Shown here: piece by piece, positions 41,601 through 56,600 of the stretch
Layout of the letters: every line of letters starts with the position of its first letter
Numbering within the stretch: the stretch's first letter is position 1
DNA from: Eledone cirrhosa
Lineage: Eukaryota
Direction: 5' to 3'
Assembly: GCA_964016885.1 (NCBI GenBank)
Contig: OZ024741.1
Span: 9,858,001 to 9,922,000 of the forward strand
Length of the DNA stretch: 64,000 nucleotides
Translations under genes and position numbers: made by a program
Notes under the pieces: model-generated
The model's input: only the letters and a program-made list of their open reading frames with translations
Told to the model about the DNA's origin: nothing
The model's database searches: none

Positions 41601-44600
41601 ATATTAATAGAGGGAGCTATAGTCAATAGTATATAATTTACTGTGGTAGATGTTATACCAACACTATACCAATAGAGGGAGCTATAGTCAATAGTATCTA
41701 CTTTACTATGGTAGAGATGTTATACCAACACTATACCACTAGGGGGAGCTATAGTCAATAGTATCTACTTTACTGTGGTAGATGTTATACCAACACTATA
41801 CCACTAGAGGGAGCTATATTCAATAGTATCTACTTTACTATGGTAGAGATGTTATACCACCAACACTATATTAATAGAGGGAGCTATAGTCAATAGTATC
41901 TAATTTACTGTGGTAGATGTTATACCAACACTATACCAATAGAGGGAGCTATAGTCAATAGTATCTACTTTACTATGGTAGAGATGTTATACCAACACTA
42001 CACCACTAGAGGGAGCTATAGTCAATAGTATCTACTTTACTGTGGTAGATGTTATACCAACACTATACCAATAGAGGGAGCTATAGTCAATAGTCTCTAC
42101 TTTACTGTGGTAGATGTTATACCAACACTATACCAACAGAGGGAGCTATAGACAATAGTCTCTACTTTACTGTGGGAGATGTTATACCAACACTATACCA
42201 CAAGAGGGAGCTATAGTCAATAGTATCTATTTTACTGTGGTAGATGTTATAACAACACTATACCAATAGAGGGAGCTATAGTCAATAGTATCTACTTTAG
42301 TGTGGTAGATGATATACCAACACTATACCAATAGAGGGAGCTATTGTCAATAGTATATACTTTACTGTGGTAGATGTTATACCAACACTACACCACCTGA
42401 GGGAGCTATAGTCAATAGTCTCTACTTTACTGTGGGAGATGTTATACCAACACTATACCGCAAGAGGGAGCTATAGTCAATAGTATCTACTTTACTGTGG
42501 TAGATGTTATACCAACACTATACCACAAGAGGGAGCTACCGTCAATAGTATCTACTTTACTGTGGTAGATGTTATACCAACACTATACCACTAGAGGCAG
42601 CTATAGTCAATAGTATCTAATTTACTGTGGGAGATGTTATACCAACACTATACCAATAGAGGGAGATATAGTCAATAGTATCTACTTTACTATGGTAGAG
42701 ATGTTATACCAACACTATACCACTAGAGGGAGCTATAGTCAATATTATCTACTTTACTGTGGTAGATGTTATACTAACACTATACCACAAGAGCGAGCTA
42801 TAGTCAATAGTATCTACTTTACTGTGGTAGATGTTATACTAACACTATACTACTTGAGGGAGCTATAGTGAATAGTATCTACTTTACTATGGTAGATGTT
42901 ATACCAACACTATACCACTAGAGGGAGCTATAGTCAATAGTATCTACTTTAATATGGTAGATGATATACCAACACTATACCACTAGAGGGAGCTATAGTC
43001 AATAGTATATACTTTACTGTGGTAGATGTTATACCAACACTATACCAATAGAGGGAGCTATAGTCAATAGTATCTACTTTACTGTGGTAGATGTTATACC
43101 AACACTATAACAACAGAGGGAGCTATAGTCAATAGTATCTACTTTACTGTGGGAGATTTTATACCAACAATATACCACAAGAGGGAGCTATAGTCAATAG
43201 TATCTATTTTACTGTGGTAGATGTTATACCAACACTATAACACTAGAGGGAGCTATAGTCAATAGTATCTAATTTACTATGGCAGATGGTATACCAACAC
43301 TATACCACTAGAGGGAGCTATAGTCAATAGTATCTACTTTAATGTGGGAGATGTTATACCAACACTATACCACTAGATCCAGCTATAGTCAATAGTATCT
43401 ACTTTCCTATGGTAGATGGTATACCAACACTATACCACAAGAGGGAGATACCGTCAATAGTATCTACTTTACTGTGGTAGATGTTATACCAATACTATAC
43501 CACTAGAGGCAGCTATAGTCAATAGTATCTAATTTACTGTGGGAGATGTTATACCAACACTATACCAATAGAGGGAGATATAGTCAATAGTATCTACTTT
43601 ACTATGGTAGAGATGTTATACCAACACTATACCACTAGAGTGAGCTATAGTCAATAGTATCTACTTTACTATGGTAGATATTATACCACCACTATAGCAA
43701 TAGAGGGAGTTATAATCAATAGTATCTACTTTACTGTGGTAGATGTTATACCAACACTATACCAATAGAGGGAGCTATAGTCAATAGTATCTACTTTAAT
43801 GTGGTAGATGTTATACCAACACTATATCACAAGAGCGAGCTATAGTCAATAGTATCTACTTTACTGTGGTAGATGTTATACTAACACTATACTACTAGAG
43901 GGAGCTATAGTGAATAGTATCTACTTTACTGTGGTAGATGTTATACCAACACTATACCACTAGAGGGAGCTATAGTCAATAGTATCTTCTTTACTATGGT
44001 AGATGATATACCAACACAATACACCTAGAGGGAGCTATAGTCAATAGTATCTACTTTACTGTGGTAGATGTTATACCAACACTATCCCACTAGAGGGAGC
44101 TATAGTCAATAGTATATACTTTACTGTGGCAGATTTTATAACAACACTATACCAATAGAGGGAGCTATAGTCAATAGTATCTACTTTACTGTGGTAGATG
44201 TTATACCAACACTATACCACAAGAGGGAGCTACCGTCAATAGTATCTACTTTACTGTGGTAGATGTTATACCAACACTATACCAACAGAGGGAGCTATAG
44301 TCAACAGTATCTACTTTACTGTGGGAGATGTTGTACCAACACAATACCACTAGAGGGAGCTATATTCAATAGTATCTACTTTACTATGGTAGAGATGTTA
44401 TACAACCAACACTATATTAATAGAGGGAGCTATAGTCAATAGTATATAATTTACTGTGGTAGATGTTATACCAACACTATACCAATAGAGGGAGCTATAG
44501 TCAATAGTATCTACTTTACTATGGTAGAGATGTTATACCAACACTATACCACTAGGGGGAGCTATAGTCAATAGTATCTACTTTACTGTGGTAGATGTTA

Positions 44601-47600
44601 TACCAACACTATACCAATAGAGGGAGCTATAGTCAATAGTATCTACTTTACTGTGGTAGATGTTATACCAACACTACACCACTAGAGGGAGCTATAGTCA
44701 ATAGTGTCTACTTTACTGTGGTAGATGTTATACCAACACTATACCAATAGAGGGAGCTATAGTCAATAGTATCTACTTTACTGTGGTAGATGTTATACCA
44801 ACACTATACCAACAGTGATGGCTATATTCAATAGTATCTACATTACTATGGTAGATGTTATACCAACACTATACCACAAGAGGGAGCTACCGTCATTTGT
44901 ATCTACTTTACTGTGGTAGATGTTATACCAACACTATACCAATAGAGGGAGCTATAGTCAATAGTATCTACTTTACTGTGGTAGATGTTATACCAACCCT
45001 ATACCAATAGAGGGAGATATAGTCAATAGTATCTACTTTACTATGGTAGAGATGTTATACCAACACTATACCACTAGAGGCATCTATAGTCAATCGTATC
45101 TACTTTACTGTGGTAGATGTTCTACCAACACTATACCACTAGGGGGAGCTGTAGTCAATAGTATCTACTTTACTGTGGTAGATGTTATACCAACACTATA
45201 CTACTAGAGGGAGCTATAGTCAATAGTATCTACTTTACTGTGGTAGATGTTATACCAACACTATACCAATAGAGGGAGCTATAGTCAATAGTCTCTACTT
45301 TACTGTGGTAGATGTTATACCAAATCTATACCACTAGAGGGAGCTATAGTCAATAGTATCTACTTTACTGTGGTAGATGTTATACCAACACTATACCGCA
45401 AGAGGGAGCTACCGACAATAGTATCTACTTTACTGTGGTAGATGTTATACCAACACTATACCGCAAGAGGGAGCTACCGACAATAGTATCTACTTTACTG
45501 TGGTAGATGTTATACCAACACTATACCACTAGAGGGAGCCATAGTCAATAGTATCTACTTTACTGTGGTAGATGTTATACCAACAGTATACCACTAGAGG
45601 GAGCTATAGTCAATAGTCTCTACTTTACTGTGGTAGATGTTATACCAACACTATACCACTAGAGGGAGCTATAGTCAATAGTATCTACTTTACTGTGGTA
45701 GATGTTATACCAACAGTATACCACTAGAGGGAGCTATAGTCAATAGTATCTACTTTACTGTGGTAGATGTTATACCAACACTATACCGCAAGAGGGAGCT
45801 ACCGACAATAGTATCTACTTTACTGTGGTAGATGTTATACCAACACTATACCACTAGAGGGAGCCATAGTCAATAGTATCTACTTTACTGTGGTAGATGT
45901 TATACCAACAGTATACCACTAGAGGGAGCTATAGTCAATAGTCTCTACTTTACTGTGGTAGATGTTATACCAACACTATACCAACAGAGGGAGCTATAGT
46001 CAATAGTCTCTACTTTACTGTGGGAGATGTTATACCAACACTAAACCACAAGAGGGAGCTATAGTCAATAGTATCTATTTTACTGTGGTAGATGTTATAC
46101 CAACACTATACCAATAGAGGGAGCTATAGTCAATAGTCTCTACTTTACTGTGGGAGATGTTATACCAACACTAAACCGCAAGTGGGAGCTATAGTCAATA
46201 GTATCTACTTTACTGTGATAGATGTTATACTAACACTATACCACTAGAGGCAGCTATAGTCAATAGTATCTACTTTACTGTGGGAGATGTTATACAAACA
46301 CTATTCCAATAGAGGGAGCTATAGTCAATAGTATCTACTTTAATGTGGTAGATGTTATACCAACACCATACCAATAGAGGGAGCTATAGACAATAGTATC
46401 TACTTTACTATGGTAGATGTTAACCAACACTATACCACTAAAGGGAGCTATAGTCAATAGTATCTACATTACTGTGTTAGATGTTATACCAACACTATAC
46501 CACTAGAGGGAGCTATAGTCAATAGTATCTACTTTACTATGGTAGATGTTATACCAACACTATACCAATAGAGGGAGATATAGTCAATAGTATCTACTTT
46601 ACTATGGTAGAGATGTTATACCAACACTATACCACTAGAGGGAGCTATAGTCAATAGTCTCTACTTTACTGTGGAAGATGTTATACCAACACTATACCAC
46701 TAGAGGGAGCTATAGTCTATAGTATCTACTTTACTATGGTAGATGTGATACCAACACAATACACCTAGAGGGAGCTATAGTCAATAGTATCTACTTTACT
46801 ATGGTAGATATTATACCACCACTATACCAATAGAGGGAGTTATAGTCAATAGTATCTACTTTACTGTGGTAGATGTTATACCAACACTATACCAATAGAG
46901 GGAGCTATAGTCAATAGTATCTACTTTACTGTGGTAGATGTTATACCAACACTATACCACAAGAGGGAGCTATAGTCAATAGTATCTACTTTACTGTGGT
47001 AGATGTTATACTAACACTATACTACTAGAGGGAGCTATAGTGAATAGTATCTACTTTACTATGGTAGATGTTATACCAACACTATACCACTAGAGGGAGC
47101 TATAGTCAATAGTATCTACTTTACTGTGGTAGATGTTATACCAACACTATACCAATAGAGGGAGCTATAGTCATTAGTATCTACTTTACTATGGTAGATA
47201 TTATACCACCACTATACCAATAGAGGGAGTTATAGTCAATAGTATCTACTTTACTGTGGTAGATGTTATACCAACACTATACCAATAGAGGGAGCTATAG
47301 TCATTAGTATCTACTTTACTATGGTAGATATTATACCAACACTGTACCACAAGAGGGAGCTATAGTCAATAGTATCTACTTTACTGTGGTAGATGTTATA
47401 CCAACACTACACCAATAGAGGGGGCTATAGTCAATAGTATCTACTTTACTGTGGTAGAGGTTATACCAACGCTATACCAACAGAGGGAGCTATAGTCAAT
47501 AGTATCTACTTTACTGTGGTATATGTTATACCAACACTATACCGCAAGAGGGAGCTATAGTCAATAGTATCTACTTTAATGTGGTAGATGTTATACCAAC

Positions 47601-50600
47601 ACTATACCACAAGTGGGAGCTACCATCAATAGTATCTACTTTACTGTGGTAGATGTTATACCAACACTATACCACTAGAGGGAGCTATAGTCAATAGTAT
47701 TTACTTTACTATGGTATATGGTATACAAACACTATACCACTAGAGGGAGCTATAGTCAATAGTATCTACTTTACTATGGTAGATGTTATACCAACACTAT
47801 ACCAATAGAGGGAGATATAGTCAATAGTATCTACTTTACTATGGTAGAGATGTTATACCAACACTATACCACTAGAGGGAGCTATAGTCAATAGTATCTA
47901 CTTTACTGTGGTAGATGTTATACCAACACTATACCAATATAGGGAGCTATAGTCAATAGTATCTACTTTACTGTGGTAGATGTTATACCAACACTATAAC
48001 AACAGAGGGAGCTATAGTCAATAGTATCTACTTTACTGTGGGAGATGTTATACCAACAATATACCACAAGAGGGAGCTATAGTCAATAGTATCTACTTTA
48101 CTATGGTAGATGTTATACCAACACTATACCACAAGAGGGAGCTACCGTCATTAGTATCTACTTTACTGTGGTAGATGTTATACCAACACTATACCAACAG
48201 AGGGAGCTATAGTCAATAGTATCTACTTTACTGTGGGAGATGTTGTACCAACACAATACCACTAGAGGGAGCTATATTCAATAGTATCTACTTTACTATG
48301 GTAGAGATGTTATACCACCAACACTATATTAATAGAGGGAGCTATAGTCAATAGTATCTAATTTACTGTGGTAGATGTTATACAAACACTATACCAATAG
48401 AGGGAGCTATAGTCAATAGTATCTACTTTACTATGGTAGATATGTTATACCAACACTATACCACAAGAGGGAGATACCGTCAATAGTATCTACTTTACTG
48501 TGGTAGATGTTATACCAACACTATACCACTAGAGGCAGCTATAGTCAATAGTATCTAATTTACTTTGGGAGATGTTATACCAACACTATACCAATAGAGG
48601 GAGATATAGTCAATAGTATCTACTTTACTTTGGTAGATGTTATACTAACACTATACCACTAGAGGAAGCTATAGTCAATAGTATCTACTTTACTATGGTA
48701 GATGTTATACCAACACTATACACCTAGAGGGAGCTATAGTCAATAGTATCTACTTTACTATGGTAGATGTTATACCAACAATATACCAATAGAGGCAGTT
48801 ATAATCAATAGTATCTACTTTACTGTGGTAGATGTTATACCAACACTATACCAACAGAGGGAGCTATAGTCAATAGTATCTACTTTACTGTGGTAGATGT
48901 TATACCAACACTATACCACTAGAGGGAGCTATAGTCAATAGTATATACTTTACTGTGGTAGATGTTATACCAACACTATACCAATAGAGGGAGCTATAGT
49001 CAATAGTATCTACTTTACTGTGGTAGATGTTATACCAACACTATAACAACAGAGGGAGCTATAGTCAATAGTATCTACTTTACTGTGGGAGATGTTATAC
49101 CAACAATATACCACAAGAGGGAGCTATAGTCAATAGTATCTACTTTACTATGGTAGATGTTATACCAACACTATACCAATAGAGGGAGATATAGTCAATA
49201 GTATCTACTTTACTATGGTAGAGATGTTATACCAACACTATACCACAAGAGGGAGCTACCGTCAATAGTATCTACTTTACTATGGTAGATGATATACCAA
49301 CACAATACACCTAGAGGGAGCTATAGTCAATAGTATCTACTTTACTATGGTAGATATTATACCAACACTGTACCACAAGAGGGAGCTATAGTCAATAGTA
49401 TCTACTTTACTGTGGTAGATGTTATACCAACACTATACCAACAGAGGGAGCTATAGTCAATAGTATCTACTTTACTGTGGTAGATGTTATACCAACACTA
49501 TACCACTAGAGGGAGCTATAGTCAATAGTATATACTTTACTGTGGTAGATGTTATACCAACACTATACCAATAGAGGGAGCTATAGTCAATAGTATGTAC
49601 TTTACTGTGGTAGATGTTATACCAACACTATAACAACAGAGGGAGCTATAGTCAATAGTATCTACTTTACTGTGGGAGATGTTATACCAACAATATACCA
49701 CAAGAGGGAGCTATAGTCAATAGTATCTACTTTACTATGGTAGATGTTATACCAACACTATACCAATAGAGGGAGATATAGTCAATAGTATCTACTTTAC
49801 TATGGTAGAGATGTTATACCAACACTATACCACAAGAGGGAGCTACCGTCAATAGTATCTACTTTACTGTGGTAGATGTTATACCAACACTATACCAACA
49901 GTGATGGCTATAGTCAATAGTATCTACTTTACTATGGTAGATGTTATACCAACACTATACAACAAGAGGGAGCTACCGTCATTAGTATGTACTTTACTGT
50001 GGTAGATGTTATACCAACACTATACCAACAGAGGGATCTATAGTCAATAGTATCTACTTTACTGTGGGAGATGTTGTACCAACACAATACCACTAGAGGG
50101 AGCTATATTCAATAGTATCTACTTTACTATGGTAGAGATGTTATACCACCAACACTATATTAATAGAGGGAGCTATAGTCAATAGTATCTAATTTACTGT
50201 GGTAGATGTTATACCAACACTATACCAATAGAGGGAGATATAGTCAATAGTATCTACTTTACTTTGGTAGATGTTATACTAACACTATACCACTAGAGGA
50301 AGCTATAGTCAATAGTATCTACTTTACTATGGTAGATGTTATACCAACACTATACACCTAGAGGGAGCTATAGTCAATAGTATCTACTTTACTATGGTAG
50401 ATGTTATACCAACACTATACCAATAGAGGCAGTTATAATCAATAGTATCTACTTTACTGTGGTAGATGTTATACCAACACTATACCAACAGAGGGAGCTA
50501 TAGTCAATAGTATCTACTTTACTGTGGTAGATGTTATACCAACACTATACCACTAGAGGGAGCTATAGTCAATAGTATATACTTTACTGTGGTAGATGTT

Positions 50601-53600
50601 ATACCAACACTATACCAATAGAGGGAGCTATAGTCAATAGTATCTACTTTACTGTGGTAGATGTTATACCAACACTATAACAACAGAGGGAGCTATAGTC
50701 AATAGTATCTACTTTACTGTGGGAGATGTTATACCAACAATATACCACAAGAGGGAGCTATAGTCAATAGTATCTACTTTACTATGGTAGATGTTATACC
50801 AACACTATACCAATAGAGGGAGATATAGTCAATAGTATCTACTTTACTATGGTAGAGATGTTATACCAACACTATACCACAAGAGGGAGCTACCGTCAAT
50901 AGTATCTACTTTACTATGGTAGATGATATACCAACACAATACACCTAGAGGGAGCTATAGTCAATAGTATCTACTTTACTATGGTAGATATTATACCAAC
51001 ACTGTACCACAAGAGGGAGCTATAGTCAATAGTATCTACTTTACTGTGGTAGATGTTATACCAACACTATACCAACAGAGGGAGCTATAGTCAATAGTAT
51101 CTACTTTACTGTGGTAGATGTTATACCAACACTATACCACTAGAGGGAGCTATAGTCAATAGTATATACTTTACTGTGGTAGATGTTATACCAACACTAT
51201 ACCAATAGAGGGAGCTATAGTCAATAGTATGTACTTTACTGTGGTAGATGTTATACCAACACTATAACAACAGAGGGAGCTATAGTCAATAGTATCTACT
51301 TTACTGTGGGAGATGTTATACCAACAATATACCACAAGAGGGAGCTATAGTCAATAGTATCTACTTTACTATGGTAGATGTTATACCAACACTATACCAA
51401 TAGAGGGAGATATAGTCAATAGTATCTACTTTACTATGGTAGAGATGTTATACCAACACTATACCACAAGAGGGAGCTACCGTCAATAGTATCTACTTTA
51501 CTGTGGTAGATGTTATACCAACACTATACCAACAGTGATGGCTATAGTCAATAGTATCTACTTTACTATGGTAGATGTTATACCAACACTATACAACAAG
51601 AGGGAGCTACCGTCATTAGTATGTACTTTACTGTGGTAGATGTTATACCAACACTATACCAACAGAGGGATCTATAGTCAATAGTATCTACTTTACTGTG
51701 GGAGATGTTGTACCAACACAATACCACTAGAGGGAGCTATATTCAATAGTATCTACTTTACTATGGTAGAGATGTTATACCACCAACACTATATTAATAG
51801 AGGGAGCTATAGTCAATAGTATCTAATTTACTGTGGTAGATGTTATACCAACACTATACCAATAGAGGGAGCTATAGTCAATAGTATCTACTTTACTATG
51901 GTAGAGATATTATACCAACACTACACCACTAGAGGGAGCTATAGTCAATAGTATCTACTTTACTGTGGTAGATGTTATACCAACACTATACCAATAGAGG
52001 GAGCTATAGTCAATAGTCTCTACTTTACTGTGGTAGATGTTATACCAACACTATACCAACAGAGGGAGCTATAGTCAATAGTATCTACTTTACTGTGGTA
52101 GATGTTATACCAACACTATACCAATATAGGGAGCTATAGTCAATAGTATCTACTTTACTGTGGTAGATGTTATACCAACACTATAACAACAGAGGGAGCT
52201 ATAGTCAATAGTATCTACTTTACTGTGGGAGATGTTATACCAACAATATACCACAAGAGGGAGCTATAGTCAATAGTATCTACTTTACTATGGTAGATGT
52301 TATACCAACACTATACCACAAGAGGGAGCTACCGTCATTAGTATCTACTTTACTGTGGTAGATGTTATACCAACACTATACCAACAGAGGGAGCTATAGT
52401 CAATAGTATCTACTTTACTGTGGGAGATGTTGTACCAACACAATACCACTAGAGGGAGCTATATTCAATAGTATCTACTTTACTATGGTAGAGATGTTAT
52501 ACCACCAACACTATATTAATAGAGGGAGCTATAGTCAATAGTATCTAATTTACTGTGGTAGATGTTATACAAACACTATACCAATAGAGGGAGCTATAGT
52601 CAATAATATCTACTTTACTATGGTAGATATGTTATACCAACACTATACCACAAGAGGGAGATACCGTCAATAGTATCTACTTTACTGTGGTAGATGTTAT
52701 ACCAACACTATACCACTAGAGGCAGCTATAGTCAATAGTATCTAATTTACTTTGGGAGATGTTATACCAACACTATACCAATAGAGGGAGATATAGTCAA
52801 TAGTATCTACTTTACTTTGGTAGATGTTATACTAACACTATACCACTAGAGGAAGCTATAGTCAATAGTATCTACTTTACTATGGTAGATGTTATACCAA
52901 CACTATACACCTAGAGGGAGCTATAGTCAATAGTATCTACTTTACTATGGTAGATGTTATACCAACACTATACCAATAGAGGCAGTTATAATCAATAGTA
53001 TCTACTTTACTGTGGTAGATGTTATACCAACACTATACCAACAGAGGGAGCTATAGTCAATAGTATCTACTTTACTGTGGTAGATGTTATACCAACACTA
53101 TACCACTAGAGGGAGCTATAGTCAATAGTATATACTTTACTGTGGTAGATGTTATACCAACACTATACCAATAGAGGGAGCTATAGTCAATAGTATCTAC
53201 TTTACTGTGGTAGATGTTATACCAACACTATAACAACAGAGGGAGCTATAGTCAATAGTATCTACTTTACTGTGGGAGATGTTATACCAACAATATACCA
53301 CAAGAGGGAGCTATAGTCAATAGTATCTACTTTACTATGGTAGATGTTATACCAACACTATACCAATAGAGGGAGATATAGTCAATAGTATCTACTTTAC
53401 TATGGTAGAGATGTTATACCAACACTATACCACAAGAGGGAGCTACCGTCAATAGTATCTACTTTACTATGGTAGATGATATACCAACACAATACACCTA
53501 GAGGGAGCTATAGTCAATAGTATCTACTTTACTATGGTAGATATTATACCAACACTGTACCACAAGAGGGAGCTATAGTCAATAGTATCTACTTTACTGT

Positions 53601-56600
53601 GGTAGATGTTATACCAACACTATACCAACAGAGGGAGCTATAGTCAATAGTATCTACTTTACTGTGGTAGATGTTATACCAACACTATACCACTAGAGGG
53701 AGCTATAGTCAATAGTATATACTTTACTGTGGTAGATGTTATACCAACACTATACCAATAGAGGGAGCTATAGTCAATAGTATGTACTTTACTGTGGTAG
53801 ATGTTATACCAACACTATAACAACAGAGGGAGCTATAGTCAATAGTATCTACTTTACTGTGGGAGATGTTATACCAACAATATACCACAAGAGGGAGCTA
53901 TAGTCAATAGTATCTACTTTACTATGGTAGATGTTATACCAACACTATACCAATAGAGGGAGATATAGTCAATAGTATCTACTTTACTATGGTAGAGATG
54001 TTATACCAACACTATACCACAAGAGGGAGCTACCGTCAATAGTATCTACTTTACTGTGGTAGATGTTATACCAACACTATACCAACAGTGATGGCTATAG
54101 TCAATAGTATCTACTTTACTATGGTAGATGTTATACCAACACTATACAACAAGAGGGAGCTACCGTCATTAGTATGTACTTTACTGTGGTAGATGTTATA
54201 CCAACACTATACCAACAGAGGGATCTATAGTCAATAGTATCTACTTTACTGTGGGAGATGTTGTACCAACACAATACCACTAGAGGGAGCTATATTCAAT
54301 AGTATCTACTTTACTATGGTAGAGATGTTATACCACCAACACTATATTAATAGAGGGAGCTATAGTCAATAGTATCTAATTTACTGTGGTAGATGTTATA
54401 CCAACACTATACCAATAGAGGGAGCTATAGTCAATAGTATCTACTTTACTATGGTAGAGATATTATACCAACACTACACCACTAGAGGGAGCTATAGTCA
54501 ATAGTATCTACTTTACTGTGGTAGATGTTATACCAACACTATACCAATAGAGGGAGCTATAGTCAATAGTCTCTACTTTACTGTGGTAGATGTTATACCA
54601 ACACTATACCAACAGAGGGAGCTATAGACAATAGTCTCTACTTTACTGTGGGAGATGTTATACCAACACTATACCACAAGAGGGAGCTATAGTCAATAGT
54701 ATCTATTTTACTGTGGTAGATGTTATAACAACACTATACCAATAGAGGGAGCTATAGTCAATAGTATCTACTTTAGTGTGGTAGATGATATACCAACACT
54801 ATACCAATAGAGGGAGCTATTGTCAATAGTATATACTTTACTGTGGTAGATGTTATACCAACACTACACCACCTGAGGGAGCTATAGTCAATAGTCTCTA
54901 CTTTACTGTGGGAGATGTTATACCAACACTATACCGCAAGAGGGAGCTATAGTCAATAGTATCTACTTTACTGTGGTAGATGTTATACCAACACTATACC
55001 ACAAGAGGGAGCTACCGTCAATAGTATCTACTTTACTGTGGTAGATGATATACCAACACTATACCACTAGAGGCAGCTATAGTCAATAGTATCTAATTTA
55101 CTGTGGGAGATGTTATACCAACACTATACCAATAGAGGGAGATATAGTCAATAGTATCTACTTTACTATGGTAGAGATGTTATACCAACACTATACCACT
55201 AGAGGGAGCTATAGTCAATATTATCTACTTTACTGTGGTAGATGTTATACTAACACTATACCACAAGAGCGAGCTATAGTCAATAGTATCTACTTTACTG
55301 TGGTAGATGTTATACCAACAGTATACCACTAGAGGGAGCTATAGTCAATAGTATCTACTTTACTGTGGTAGATGTTATACCAACACTATACCACTAGAGG
55401 GAGCTATAGTCAATAGTATCTACTTTACTGTGGTAGATGTTATACCAACACTATACCACTAGAGGGAGCTATAGTCAATAGTATCTACTTTACTGTGGTA
55501 GATGTTATACTAACACTATACTACTTGAGGGAGCTATAGTGAATAGTATCTACTTTACTATGGTAGATGTTATACCAACACTATACCACTAGAGGGAGCT
55601 ATAGTCAATAGTATCTACTTTAATATGGTAGATGATATACCAACACTATACCACTAGAGGGAGCTATAGTCAATAGTATATACTTTATGTGGTAGATGTT
55701 ATACCAACACTATACCAATAGAGGGAGCTATAGTCAATAGTATCTACTTTACTGTGGTAGATGTTATACCAACACTATAACAACAGAGGGAGCTATAGTC
55801 AATAGTATCTACTTTACTGTGGGAGATTTTATACCAACAATATACCACAAGAGGGAGCTATAGTCAATAGTATCTATTTTACTGTGGTAGATGTTATACC
55901 AACACTATAACACTAGAGGGAGCTATAGTCAATAGTATCTAATTTACTATGGCAGATGGTATACCAACACTATACCACTAGAGGGAGCTATAGTCAATAG
56001 TATCTACTTTAATGTGGGAGATGTTATACCAACACTATACCACTAGAGCCAGCTATAGTCAATAGTATCTACTTTCCTATGGTAGATGGTATACCAACAC
56101 TATACCACAAGAGGGAGATACCGTCAATAGTATCTACTTTACTGTGGTAGATGTTATACCAATACTATACCACTAGAGGCAGCTATAGTCAATAGTATCT
56201 AATTTACTGTGGGAGATGTTATACCAACACTATACCAATAGAGGGAGATATAGTCAATAGTATCTACTTTACTATGGTAGAGATGTTATACCAACACTAT
56301 ACCACTAGAGTGAGCTATAGTCAATAGTATCTACTTTACTATGGTAGATATTATACCACCACTATAGCAATAGAGGGAGTTATAATCAATAGTATCTACT
56401 TTACTGTGGTAGATGTTATACCAACACTATACCAATAGAGGGAGCTATAGTCAATAGTATCTACTTTAATGTGGTAGATGTTATACCAACACTATATCAC
56501 AAGAGCGAGCTATAGTCAATAGTATCTACTTTACTGTGGTAGATGTTATACTAACACTATACTACTAGAGGGAGCTATAGTGAATAGTATCTACTTTACT